From NCBI RefSeq assembly GCF_006345805.1, contig NC_043015.1, positions 32,736,001 to 32,800,000 on the forward strand: DNA of 64,000 nucleotides, read 5' to 3'. This DNA comes from Octopus sinensis. Its lineage: Eukaryota. The translations under genes and the position numbers were made by a program. The notes below the pieces were generated by a model. It saw only the letters and a list, made by a program, of their open reading frames with translations. It made no database searches and had not been told where the DNA came from. Positions 36,281 through 49,433 of the stretch are shown piece by piece. Each line of letters opens with the position of its first letter. Position 1 is the first letter of the stretch.

Positions 36281-37280
36281 ATGTATGTATGTATGTATGG
36301 TTATGTTATGTATGTATGTATGTATGTGTACACAAACACACACATTCGGGTACGTTCATGTATGAATTCGTGTTACTATTTGTGTGTATTTACGTGTATG
36401 TATATAAGATACGCTCACACACACGCATACACATATACACCAAGACACACACATATATAGAAAGAGAGAAAGAGAGATAAATTGACGTACATGTATGTAT
36501 TCTCACAATCCCACATATACACTGACTCACAGTACGACCAGCACTCTCGCACATACATATATACATACACACACACACATACATACATACACGCATACAA
36601 ACATACATATATACACACACATACTAAAGCACGCAAAATAAAATACATGCACACATGCATACATACATACACACACACACACACATACATACATACATAC
36701 ACATACATACATACATACATACATACATACATACATACATACATACATACATACATACATACATACGTACATACATATTCATGTCTTCACATTTATCATT
36801 TCAAAATGTTCGCCGTTTCATATAAATATCATTTCCGTTTTAGCCCGTCTTTTTCCGTATGTTTTTTCTCTTTTTTCTCTTTGCGTCTTCATTTTACTTT
36901 TCTATTCTTTGCGTCCACCGAATATTTCAGAGTTGTTAAATAATTATTCTCAATTTCTAAAGCTTTCCTAAGCGAAAGACAGGAGTGGGGACTGTTAAAA
37001 CGATCCAACAAGAGAGCGTCGCATTAATATTTTGATATATTGCATGATGGGAGAAAATGTCGGCGAGAGAGAGAGATTTCTTACAAACGGTATTAATATC
37101 TCGATAACGCACGCATAAACCGCTACATACGCAGGCTCACACACACACACACACAAATACACACACACAAACGTTCATGGAAGCACATGATCATATAGAC
37201 ACACATGCACACACAAAGGTAAGTGCATGTGTATTTATATAAATATAATGTGTGTATTTATATACTTATACACACATACT

Positions 37281-37325
<45 letters not shown>

Positions 37326-37946
37326 ATTATATATTATATATAGATTATATAGTATATATATATATACATATATATATATAAATATACGTATATATGCATG
37401 TAATATATATTATATATTAATATATAGCATATATATATATAAATATAACGTATATATGCATATATGGGATATATATGTATATGTGTAAATATATGTATGT
37501 TGTGTGTGTATGTTATACATAATATTCGTCGTACTACCATACAAGATAACACATAAGATGTGCATACATACATACACACACTCAATCACATGTGGTACAT
37601 CGACACCTATGGACTGCGCGCGCATTGAATATCTCCTCGAAAATGCATTTGTATTTAGCACGCACACGCACATGCACACACACATCTGTGTATACCAAGC
37701 ACATACACACATACGCGTGCACAGTCACACACTCACTCAGAAAGGCACAACACACAACAATAGAAACGCACAATTGTATTTCACATAATATCAATAATAG
37801 AAATTATGTGTGAATGTCTGCACCCACCATATTGCATTTCAATGAACACAAACATATACACACGCACCCCCTCCCCTACACACAAACACACAGACATGTG
37901 TGTGTGTGTGTGTGTGTGTGTGTATTTCAAACTCATCGTTGTGTAA

Positions 37947-38564
37947 TTAGGTTGTCCGGAATGTTCTGGGCGTTTTTTAATATGCAAAAAGGGATATAAA
38001 TTATTGACCTTTCAATAAATTTTATTCAATGAAATAATTTCCATCATTATTAATGACCTCTGCTCATCTATCAGGCAATTTAAATATTCCATCAGCATAA
38101 AATTTGACTGGTTTTGAAGAAAAAAAAAGTTATTTAGATGGTTTTTGACTCCGTCTAAATCGTTAAATGTTTTTCCTTACAATGAGTTCTACAGAGTCAA
38201 AAACAAGTGGTACTTGGATGGCGCAATATCAGGAGAATATGGTGGATGAGGTAAGAGATCCCGGTCAAGTTCATGTAACTTTGTTCCAGTAGCCAAAGAC
38301 ACATGTGGTCGGGTATTGTCTTGTTGGAACACTACCCCTCTCCTGTTGGCAATCTGGTTTTGTATGAGAAGCTCATAATAAATAATGCTTTTATGATCCA
38401 ACCAAACACAAAACATAGCTTTTTTTGGCTTGGATATTCATCTTTGATCGCTGTTTGGGGGATCCTTACGTAAACTCCTGGATCTTTTTCACACTACGTT
38501 TTCGTACACAATCCATTTTTTATGTCCATTCACAAGTTGTTTCAAAAAAAGCATGCTTCCATTC
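37947..38564 (-). mobile_element. Mariner (DD34D) transposon relic: 3' TIR and catalytic domain
   Basis: Left end TTAGGTTGTCCGG is mariner-TIR-like. Minus translation gives FLKQLVNGHKKWIVYEN (decayed TGDEKW), WLDHKSIIYYELL, VVFQQDNTRPH and LLPHPPYSPDIAPSKYHLF (YSPDLAPSD). Stops and frameshifts present; cut by the gap. Confidence 0.92.
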
Positions 38565-38664
38565 NNNNNNNNNNNNNNNNNNNNNNNNNNNNNNNNNNNN
38601 NNNNNNNNNNNNNNNNNNNNNNNNNNNNNNNNNNNNNNNNNNNNNNNNNNNNNNNNNNNNNNNN
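38565..38664. other. Assembly gap (100 N)
   Basis: Direct reading. Confidence 1.
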
Positions 38665-38994
38665 ATAAACATCTTATAAATAAACATCTTTTAAAATTGC
38701 ATTTTCAAACCTTTCATATATATATATATATATATATATTATATTATGTATATGTTCAACATTTGCTTATGTAATGAGTGTCATACGTAATGTAGTGCAA
38801 AGAGGGATATATAAAAATATATATATATCTTTCACTCCCTCTCTCTACACCTATTACGTCTGACATTTTTTTCCTTCTGTACATAATTCTACTTTGAATA
38901 ATCGGTGTCATTGCTAACCTCGGAAAATTTTTATAACACGCATGCATATACAAATGTGTGGTGTATCTGTGTGTGAGTGTGTGTGTTTATATAT

Positions 38995-39034
<40 letters not shown>

Positions 39035-39087
39035 TATATATTTATACATACACATACACATACACATATATGTATACGAATAATATA

Positions 39088-39133
<46 letters not shown>

Positions 39134-40300
39134 ATATAATACACATATATAATATACCTACCACATATATATATATATACATTATATATATATACATGCA
39201 TATATCTATATGCATATACAACATGCCATGCACATGCACACATGCATAAATTTGTATCATTTCTTATATGCGTATATGTATGTACCTATGTATACACGCG
39301 TGTGCGTTTATGTGTGTATATGTGTGTACATACATATATAAACGAATGCATATTTATGTATAAACGTGTATGTGTGCGCGCGTGTATGTAAGTACGCGCC
39401 TTGGTGTGTATGTCTGATTATCTGCACCAGTTGGTGTGCACATATCTATATATGCACTAGAGTTTATATATACAACAATATAGTGTTTATACGCAGATGT
39501 AAACTCGCTATTAAGTATATGTGCCCTACGGCACTTAACTTCTCATCAGATCTCTGATTAAAAGCATGACTCAAAATTATTTATTTCAAATGCTTTATTA
39601 TTTTCTCACAAATTACCAAATTTGCATATTGGCCCTTTTAAAAAAAATATGTATGTATGTATATAATATGTATGTATATTTCTTTCGCTTTTATACTTAT
39701 ATTGCCGTCTCCTCTCCTCCCTCACATTATTGTTGTAGTTATTGCTGGTTGTGGTAGTGTTGGTACGATGGTAATGTTTTGTTTTATGACACCTTCTGTT
39801 TTCAAATTCCTATATTATTGTTTATAACATATTGCACATGCTGCACATGCAACTTGACATTCACACACACACAGACACATATGCATGCATACATATGTGT
39901 ATGCGTCTGTCGTGTGCACGCGCGTTCGTTCCTGTGTGCGAGTGCATATATGCGTTTGTGTAGGTATGTAACTATACGTGAAAACAAATAGTTATACGCA
40001 CGTCCATTATTAAAAAGAATAACCATGAGCACTCTTCTACAAACAGCCCATACAGTCCTACATGTTTGTGTATATAGTTAATCACACACCTATATGACGT
40101 TAAATATGCACTCACAATCACACACAGACGTTCAGCTATGAAGTTATAAGTATATACAGGATATGTATATTATAACTCATAAGTGTATATATGTTTATAT
40201 ATACATTTACATCCATGTGTGTGTGTGTATATGTATTTATATTTTCATATATGTGTATGTCATGAGAGATCGTTAGCTCCAACACGCATTTTTTTCTCTC

Positions 40301-40446
40301 CTTGTTTCTCTCCTTGTTTTTGTCTGTGTATCTTTCTGTCGAAGAGCGTAGGCTCGAAACGTAAAAGACTTTTTCTATTCCTGAGCGCTATACTAGTACA
40401 TTTGTTTGTTTGTACTCCACCTGCCTTCGTCTTTTGTTTATTTTCG
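40301..40446 (+). mobile_element. Short repeat carrying a type I hammerhead-like motif (Penelope-terminus-like), copy 1
   Basis: TCTTT-CTGTCGA-A-GAGC GTAG GCTC-GAA-ACGT-A-AAAGA at 40331-40368; near-identical copy at 59593-59746. Confidence 0.75.
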
Positions 40447-40454
40447 AATAATAT

Positions 40455-40516
40455 CAGTGATATCTTCGAAACATGTGTCGGAAGTAAAAGAATTTGAATA
40501 ACACCTGTGTTTAACT
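40455..40516 (+). repeat. Third copy of the 41740-41802 arm (3' half of hammerhead plus tail)
   Basis: CAGTGATATCTTCGAAACATGTGTCGGAAGTAAAAGAATTTGAATAACACCTG is identical to the 41740 copy. Confidence 0.9.
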
Positions 40517-40807
40517 ACATTTATATATTATACAAAATATTTCACGTAAACCTGGAGTTTCTACCTTTAAAAACAAGGAGTTACAACCTTTTTACTGGTG
40601 TGACTTTTTGCTACCCTGATAACTATTTATCTATTTTTCCGTGTTAATTGTTAACAAGGGAAAAATATATACACCTGTTAAAAATATACACATCTGTTTA
40701 TATATACATACATACATACATACGTACATACTTACATACATACTTACATAATATATACATACATACTTACGCACACACACACACACACACCACTATATAG
40801 ATATTAT

Positions 40808-40838
<31 letters not shown>

Positions 40839-41219
40839 GACTACTTCTGTGTGTTTATATAAAAATCACTTAGTGAATATGTGAATTCATTTAGCAGATT
40901 TCATTTGATAAACTGTTGATATTTAAGTTTTGTAATTGAATACTTTCCAATTAAATACATTAACTAGTAAATAATTTATTTATAATATCCAGCAAATAAT
41001 TAATAATAGACTAAACATTTTATAATAAACTAAATAACGAACGATTAAAATAATCATTCACTTGAAAATAATACCAGCGGTATTAATGCTCTTATAATAG
41101 GGTTATGTTCTATGTCACAAGTACACACAACCCCTTATACGTGTGTATCGTATGTTTCTATCCGGGTGTGTAATTGTGATAGCTTTTTGTCTTTTTGTTT
41201 TTATTCTGTGTGTGTGTCT

Positions 41220-41425
41220 TTATGTGCTTGTGTTTGTCCTCCCACCACCCCTGTTTGACAACCGGTATCGGTTTGATTACGTCTCTGTAGTATAGCGTTT
41301 TGGCAAAAGCGATCGATAAAATAAGTACCAGGCTTAAAATGTTAGTCTTTGGGTTGATTAGTTCGACCGAACACTTTAAGGTGGTGCTCCGTCATGGATG
41401 TAATCAAATGACTGAAACTAGTTAA
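41220..41425 (+). mobile_element. SINE family A 3' half, diverged
   Basis: GTGTTTGTCCTCCC...TTTGACAACCGG...AAATGACTGAAAC. Confidence 0.8.
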
Positions 41426-41434
41426 ACACACACA

Positions 41435-41486
<52 letters not shown>

Positions 41487-41579
41487 ACACACGCATGCAC
41501 GTATTTGTGTATGCATGTGTGTGTGTGTATTTGTATACATACATACATACATACATACATACATACATACATACAAATA

Positions 41580-41802
41580 GAGTTAAACGCAGGTGTTATT
41601 CAAATTCTTTTACTTCCGACACATGTTTCGAAATTATCAGAGGTTCTGTTAAAATGTCTTATTGACGAGTTTTATTTCTTCATTTACCTGAAGAGAAGAT
41701 TACATTGTTTTACACCATTTTATTCCTTTGGAGTAATAGCAGTGATATCTTCGAAACATGTGTCGGAAGTAAAAGAATTTGAATAACACCTGCATTTAAC
41801 TC
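41580..41802 (+). mobile_element. Inverted-repeat structure (53-bp arms) enclosing a canonical-core hammerhead; Penelope-like relic inferred
   Basis: Arms 41580-41632 and 41750-41802 are complementary with 1 mismatch; CTGAAGA 41688-41694, stem II GAAGAT/ATCTTC, GAAA 41753-41756, GTC 41762-41764. Confidence 0.75.
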
Positions 41803-43038
41803 CATTAGTATGTGCGTCTTAAGTGATAAACCCTATAACATATGCTCGTACAAGCCTCCTCTACAAACACTGTAATCTTTCCACACGATCACCTTTCGAA
41901 TTTTAAGATTGTCTCGAATCTTTAAGTATATTCAGTTGGTATGTCTTTACCACAGTTCGATCCAAGTATCCATTTCTTTATCATTTTGGGAGTAGTGGTA
42001 CTTCACCCAACCATACACGGGTTACGTTAAAGCTATTCAGTTGGAGTTTATTTTATAATCAATAAGTTTACTAAATTCTGTTCAATGCCAGTTAACTTAA
42101 CATTAAATCGTGTCTGTGTGATTATATTTTAGGCAGAGGGGAAACTTTCTATTAAAATGTACAAATTAGAAACGCGACACATGCCTGCGAATATATATCA
42201 CACTTAGATATGTGTACGTATATGTGAGTGTAACTGAATGTAAATCTGAGTGTGTACATGTATAGGAAAGAAGGAAGAAAGGAAGAGGGAAGGAAGAAAG
42301 GCAGGTAGGAAGGCAAGCAGGTAAGGGAGGCAGGCAGGCAGGTAGGCAGGAAGGAAGGAAAGAAGGAATGAACGTGTCCTTCATAGCTGAAAGTCGAGAG
42401 CCTCAGACACGATCACCAGTCTACGCCAAACTGTTGCAGACGTGCTCTCAGCTCTCGCCCTGTCTTGGTCCTTGTCATCTGCGAGCCCATTTCCATTCCA
42501 TATTTATGTATATCTTCCGTTCTCACATATATGTCTTTATATGCACGTATATATAATGCATAAATGCGTAGCAAACACTAGTTTGCAATGCATTATACTA
42601 GTTACATCTTTATCAATTTTTTTTAAAAATGTTTTCCCCTCGAGTTCTTTGAAGTTTATTCAGAACTGTAAAGTTTTCAAATCTATAAACCTAGTCAAAT
42701 CTACAATGTTGGTGTCATTGAACTAGAAAGGAGAGCGAAGTACAAGAAAACATTGCTTCATTAAGGACATGGCAGAAGTATATGGGAGAAAGACCAATGC
42801 TCAGAGTTAAGACTAAAATCTCAGCTAGCAAAATATATTTGCTAGATGATTGCTACACCTGCTTTTGTGTGGTGGCTGCATGCTAAAGGTCCAATAAAAG
42901 AATTCAGCGTTTCCATGGTAGCATGGCTGTTTGTCTTGCCGTACAGGAGGGACTGATATTGTGCGAAGTGGCTGAATCTTAGCGACCATGAATCACAATC
43001 TGATAAAGGGCATGTCCCACAGGGCAATATCTATCTGC

Positions 43039-43093
<55 letters not shown>

Positions 43094-43167
43094 CTTATCT
43101 ATCTGTTTGTTTGTTTGTCTGTCTGTCTATGTCTCACTTTCTCGCTCTCTATCTCTATCACACACAC

Positions 43168-43210
<43 letters not shown>

Positions 43211-43213
43211 ACG

Positions 43214-43255
<42 letters not shown>

Positions 43256-43304
43256 CTCTCCCTCTTTCTAAACTGCTTTACTTCAAACTTTTATAAATTT
43301 TACT

Positions 43305-43344
43305 GATATTTGATAGGATAAGACTCATCGAAACCGGTAATATT
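43305..43344 (+). ncRNA. Decayed hammerhead motif with ACCGGT stem III
   Basis: GATAT-TTGATAG-GAT AAGACTC ATC-GAA-ACCGGT-A-ATATT; three core lesions relative to CTGATGA. Confidence 0.5.
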
Positions 43345-43505
43345 TCCTTTATATAATTTTTAAAATCATTCTTTTTAAATTCAGTCTTAAAGTGAGATGT
43401 CTTAGACTTACTTCGGTGCTATTTCCACCTCCATGTATATATATATTCTTTTACTCTTTTATTTGTTTCAGTCATTTGACTGCGGCCATGCTGGAGCACC
43501 GCCTT

Positions 43506-43550
<45 letters not shown>

Positions 43551-43734
43551 ATTAGTTTTTATGTTGAGTTATAATAAACCAATTTTACACTAATCTATAC
43601 TTTTGTAGAGTACATATATATTATTCTTAAACACGAAAGTCGTTGACAATGGCTTCACAGTTTCGGCCCGACAATGGTTCAGCTGACCGAAATTTTCGAC
43701 GTCACTATCAACCACATTCTTCTTTAAGAATATA

Positions 43735-43775
<41 letters not shown>

Positions 43776-44396
43776 ATATAACACATATATATATATATAT
43801 ATAGATACAGATATATATATGTACACACACATACTCACACATATATATACATATATACATATTATGTATGTATATACACGCATATATGTACGTGTGTGAG
43901 TATATGTGCGTGTATTCTATGTGTACATGATGTGTATATAACTATATATACAAGCGTACATATGATTCGGAATTTGTATATACATACGTACATAACGACT
44001 CTCTTTGTATACAGGTATTATGAATGTGTGCGTGAATTTCTATAGAAATCATTGATCCTCTAATTTGTTGAATAGAAGACTATATAGGTGTCACCAGTCA
44101 ATTTCATACGTCAGGTGTGGTAAAAGACACTAATATACTGAAATACCTGGCTTCACCGTACCCCCAAATCAGTCTATATTAAATGATTAGGTAGAACAAT
44201 ATAATGTGTTAAAAGGACAGAGAGTTTCTCCCACACAGAACAGCCGAACCCAACATCACACCTTCAATAAAGAGGTTGATATATGAGGATGATGTCATAG
44301 CTGATTGTTTTTGTTTTTGCCACTTGATCCATGGAATATGACACACACACACACACATATGTACGTGTGTGTGTGTGAAATCGTTCTTATTTTCTT

Positions 44397-44705
44397 CCTT
44401 TACTTGTTTCAGTCATTGCACTGTGGTTATCTTGGGGCACCGCCTTCGCGAGATTAGTTCAACAAACGGACTCCAGGGCCAATTTTTTAAAGCTGATACT
44501 TGTTTTATCAACCCTTTTGTTGAACCGCTAAGTTACAGGAGTGAGAGAGATGACAGGCTTCTTTTAGTTTCCGTCTACAAAATCCACTCACAAGACTTTG
44601 ATCAGCCCAGTCAAAGGTAGAGTAGAAAACAGATGTCAAGGTGCCACGCGACGGGACTGAACCTGGAGCTATGTGGTTGAGGAGAAAACTTCTTACCACA
44701 CAGTC
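44397..44705 (-). mobile_element. SINE family A with central part deleted
   Basis: TTTTACTTGTTTCAGTCATT...CTTTTAGTTTCCGTCTAC...GGGACTGAACC...CTTACCACACAG. Confidence 0.85.
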
Positions 44706-44824
44706 ACGTATAACACTAAGCTAATATATCATAAATGCTAAGTGACGAGGATGTAAACAAACCAAGAGCGGATGTCAAAGGTTGAGGCGGGACACCCACA
44801 GACACAAAAATACATTGTGTAATA

Positions 44825-45180
44825 AGAGGCTTTCCTCCTAACCACATGATTCTGGGTTCAATCCCGCTGCGAAGCGCCTTGAGCCTTGAGCAAGTGACTT
44901 TTACTAAAGTCTAAGCTACCAAAACTGTCAGACGGAAACTGAAAGAAGATCATCGTATATACATGCATATGTGTGTCTGTGTGTGTGTTTCGTGTGTGTG
45001 TGCTACTATACCCCCACCCCCGCTTGACAACTGTTGTAGATTTATTTCCGACCCCATAAAATAGCGGTTCGCCAAATGAGTTTGACAGGACAAGTACCAG
45101 TCTTTAACAAAAATTAATACTGGGGTTGATTCATTCGACCCCATCAAGGCGATGCCCCAGCATGGCCGCAGTCTAATAAC
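44825..45180 (+). mobile_element. SINE family A, diverged
   Basis: AACCACATGATTCTGGGTTCAATCCC...GACGGAAACTGAAAGAAG...CCCCAGCATGGCCGCAGTC. Confidence 0.82.
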
Positions 45181-45527
45181 GTGAACCCGACAACACGCCG
45201 TTCCCAGGCGACCTTCTTATGTACTCTAACATTCCTGTATGACCTTCCATAAATCCCAAATTTTATTTTGGTGTTTGTGGGAGCAACTGTCTTCGAAGAC
45301 TCGTTGTCGTTGATTGCTCGAAATAGGGAGTAGATAGACAACCGACAACTGATGAAGGGTCATTGTTTGTATTACTTGTCATTTTTTTCTCTCATTATTT
45401 GCGTATTTAACTCATTTGTTTACGTATTTCCTGTTGTTTACTGTTGGTGACGCCCTGTGCCCATATATGCACACACACACATACACACACACACACACAC
45501 ATATTATATATGTGTATATATTATATG

Positions 45528-45572
<45 letters not shown>

Positions 45573-45731
45573 TCAAATATTGTCCCCTGAGTCAATTTGT
45601 AACTTCCGGCGAATAAAAATAAAAAATATATATATTCTTGTTTTAAGTTCTGTTTATACTGTTTGCAGTAAACACACACACCAACACACCACACACCACA
45701 CACATATAATATATATATATATTATATATAT

Positions 45732-45779
<48 letters not shown>

Positions 45780-45830
45780 GTGTGTGTTATATTTGTACGA
45801 GCATACATATATACATACATACACATATCT

Positions 45831-45870
<40 letters not shown>

Positions 45871-47123
45871 TTCTCTGTCTATCTATCTATCTATCGATAC
45901 ATACATATATGTATATATCTGTATGTATTTATGGAGATATGTATGTATGTACGCATATATGTAGGTGTTTATGTATAAATATAGATATACCTATATCTAT
46001 TTGTATATGTAAATGTGTATGTACATATGCACGTGTACTCACACACACACACACATGTACACACGCAAACACATATATTTATACACATATTCACACATAC
46101 ATATGCACACGCATACATTCGTGTGACTTTGCGTTTAGTGAAGTTATTTAAAACGCAGTTATTTCTCACCAATTTGACATAATTCCAAGCGTATAAAATT
46201 CTTTATTGAAATATTAACAAACGCGGATTCCAATCGTAGTGATGTGAAGGCGCCAAATATTGAACGGCGAATCAACGGTCTTTTGTCGTGTGTGGCTTTG
46301 AATGTCAGTTTTGTCAAATAGAAACCACTGTAGCGCCAAATACTTTTATAGCGCCGCTTCAGAAAATCAGTCAACAGTCGTATTTTGTTTTCTCATAACA
46401 TAAACAGCTTATCTGCTCCAATGACAACCAGACACACGCGCCACTCTTCAAGTTTGTATCGTTTATTTGGGTGGCTTTTGTCTTCTCTCTGTAAACATAT
46501 AAACAAACATACATACATGTGTATTTGTGTGTGTGTATGTGTGCGTGTACGTGTATGTGAGTGTGTGTGTGTCTGAGTGTGTGTGTGAGAGAGAATGTGT
46601 GAGTGTGTGTGTGAGTGTGTGTGTGAGTGCGTGTGTGTATGTGTGTTGTGTGTGTGTGAGGCTTTGTGTGTCTGAGTGTGTGTGTGTTAGAATGTGTGTG
46701 AGAGTGTATGTCTGTGTGTATGTTTGTGTGTGTGTGAGTATGTGTGTGTGTGTGTGTGTGTGTGTTGTGTGTGTGTGTGTGTGTGAGAGAGCCTAGGTGC
46801 TAGTGTAAGGGTGTCCATGTATTTTTCGAAACGAGTATTTTAGTGAGTCGCTGTTCCAACACTGCTCTGTCAATGGCGGTCCCCTGACGTGAAAGAAGAA
46901 ACGTCAAAAGACTAAGAAATTCTAATGTTGCAACGGAAAGGAAGACTTAGCTTTGTATCTGAACATGATGATCTACGAATGCCTGGTTTCAAAGTTTGTC
47001 ATTACTGGAAGATATGAAAACCACTGCACGGCAGCAATGGTCCCACCTTAGTCCTCACTGAAACTAAAAGCAAGACATGTCAGTTGTGGAGATTTCATAT
47101 AATCCTATGAAATCTACACAACT

Positions 47124-47181
<58 letters not shown>

Positions 47182-47182
47182 C

Positions 47183-47217
<35 letters not shown>

Positions 47218-47255
47218 CAGATAGATAGATTTGATAAATAGATAGATTGATAGAT
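47124..47255. repeat. (GATA)n microsatellite
   Basis: Direct reading. Confidence 0.95.
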
Positions 47256-49433
47256 AGACAAGTACATATACATATATGCAAGGACATACTCTTTCACACG
47301 CACACATTAACACGCAATATCAGATCGGCTACAAGCAAGGTTCAAACAACACCACTCTGGCAAAGACTTCAGCTCAGTCTTGGAATCAACCTTCCCGGGT
47401 TGATTTTGAAAGATGGCGACACACAACACAACGCACACTCATACACATATATATGCGGATGTTTTCACACAAGCACATCCATACATTTATTCATTCATAG
47501 ATGTGTGTGTGTGTTTGTATGTACGTGCGTTTCACTGGATGTGTATGAGCTTCTCTACCTTTCTCTCTGCTCTCTTTCTATATAACTCTCTCTCTCCCTC
47601 TCTCTCTCTCTCTCCCTGTACCTTTCCTCTTATCTCCGTCACATACACTCTCCGTAAATGTGATTCAGTAAATGAGCGAATACCAACGCGTACATAAATG
47701 TGCCAAATTTCGGCGTTTATCTTACACAATACGATAACGAACACCTCTTCCAGATGCCATTCACTGATAGCTCCATATATAATCTGCACACATATATACA
47801 CATACACACATATATTAGATAGAAAGAGATGGGCGGAGAGTAGGTGTATATATGCATATATTTCTAGTGAAAGAAAAATGGCGATAATAACGCTCCAGTC
47901 GTGTTAAAGGTGATCAGATGCATATCTTGAAAATAGTTGTTATTTTGGTGAATTCCGGTTGTTTACAGGGATGTTTCGAGTTCAACGCTACTACCATATT
48001 GCTGTTCATATATATATATATACATACAATTTGTATGATCCACTGGGCCCCGATTTCGTGTTCTAAAATGTCCCTAATATACAATATTGTCTTCTAACGC
48101 ATGCATATATCCACAACTTATATTATTGATCACAGATCCATGTATATATATATCGACTTATTGCAAACGTATTCCTTCGTCTGGTATTTGTTTGCCATTA
48201 TGTATTATTTATTGTGTTATCTGGGATATTTATTATGCATATAGCGAATGTTATAAGTCATTTGGAATCCCGAGATATAATCTCATGCCAGAATATGATA
48301 TCAGAAATCTGAGATAAATTTTCTCTTTCAAGGGTGGAGAAATATGTTTGTGCGACTGTAACGGAGTACATCGATCAATAGACAGATAAACGGACCTGTT
48401 TTTGTTTGTTTGTTTGTGTGTGCGTGTGTGTGTGTATGTCTGTCTGTCTGTTCAAGTGGGTGAATGTGATAATACATATATTTGTGCGTACATAGATGCA
48501 TGTAGCTATAAATATATGTGCGCGTATGCATGTATGTATATGCATATATATATATATATAGATATATATATAGTACATATATTTATATGTATGAATACAC
48601 ACACACATTCACATACACACACACACACACACAAAGATATATATTGTTAGATGGATAAATAAGTAGAGAGGTGGGTAGAAAAGTAAAGATTTGAAGATAA
48701 GTTAACAGTTAAGTAGATAGATAGATAGATAGATAGATATATACATGCATACATACATACATACATACATACATACATACATACGTACATACATACATAC
48801 ATAGGCTGATGCTTTCCCCCACCCCACACCTACAAGAGTGTCTAAAGGAAGAAGACAGGAAGAAACTGCGACTCACGGATTGCGTCAATAGAAAGTCGTG
48901 GAACAAGATATGGCCGTCGGATTAAGTCTAATCAAAAGCGATTACAATTCATCTGGAAAGATCCAGCTCACCTTCCGTCTATCCAATTATCGTTACAACG
49001 TTTGGGTCCAAGGCTACGAGGTTATGATTAAAACAAAAAAAAAAACCTTTTCCCAACTTGCTGCATATTAGATTTGAACTCTGAAACACCTGATGTCTCA
49101 GCGAATATTTAAATATTTCACTGCGAAGCCATTTCTTATGAATAACTTGTACAGTTCGTGTTAAGCACTAGAATTGGTAATCTGATGACATTGACAGCCT
49201 AAGCAAGAACCAATCGAAAAGTATACGTGTGTTTGTGTGTGTGTGTGTGTGTGAGTGCGCGTGTGTGGATGTTCGTGTGTATGGTTTGGCTATTCCAAAA
49301 GCTGTACATTCGGAAGTACAATTTTGTGTTTGAAGTATACATAACCTAAAACAAAGGCGCACACACACAAACACACAAATACAAAAATAAATCAAACTTG
49401 AAGCAATGGGGATTCAGTATTTGGTCATTATAA

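Noticed and set aside
39495-39570. Minus-strand CTGATGAG with a GTGCC-GTAG-GGCAC hairpin and AGAT/ATCT stem
   Set aside because: The 3' core reads GAGTTTAC rather than GAAA...UH; it cannot be distinguished from chance without a family consensus.
45300-45475. Repeat end with CGAAGA...GCTCGAAAT and CTGATGAAGGG; tail similar to 32060-32160
   Set aside because: Probably a repeat fragment, but no complete hammerhead fold can be built and the boundaries are unclear.
46810-47095. Possible Tc1-like 5' end (AAGGGTGTCCATG; LTET..KARHVSC)
   Set aside because: Similarity is too weak by eye to list as a feature.
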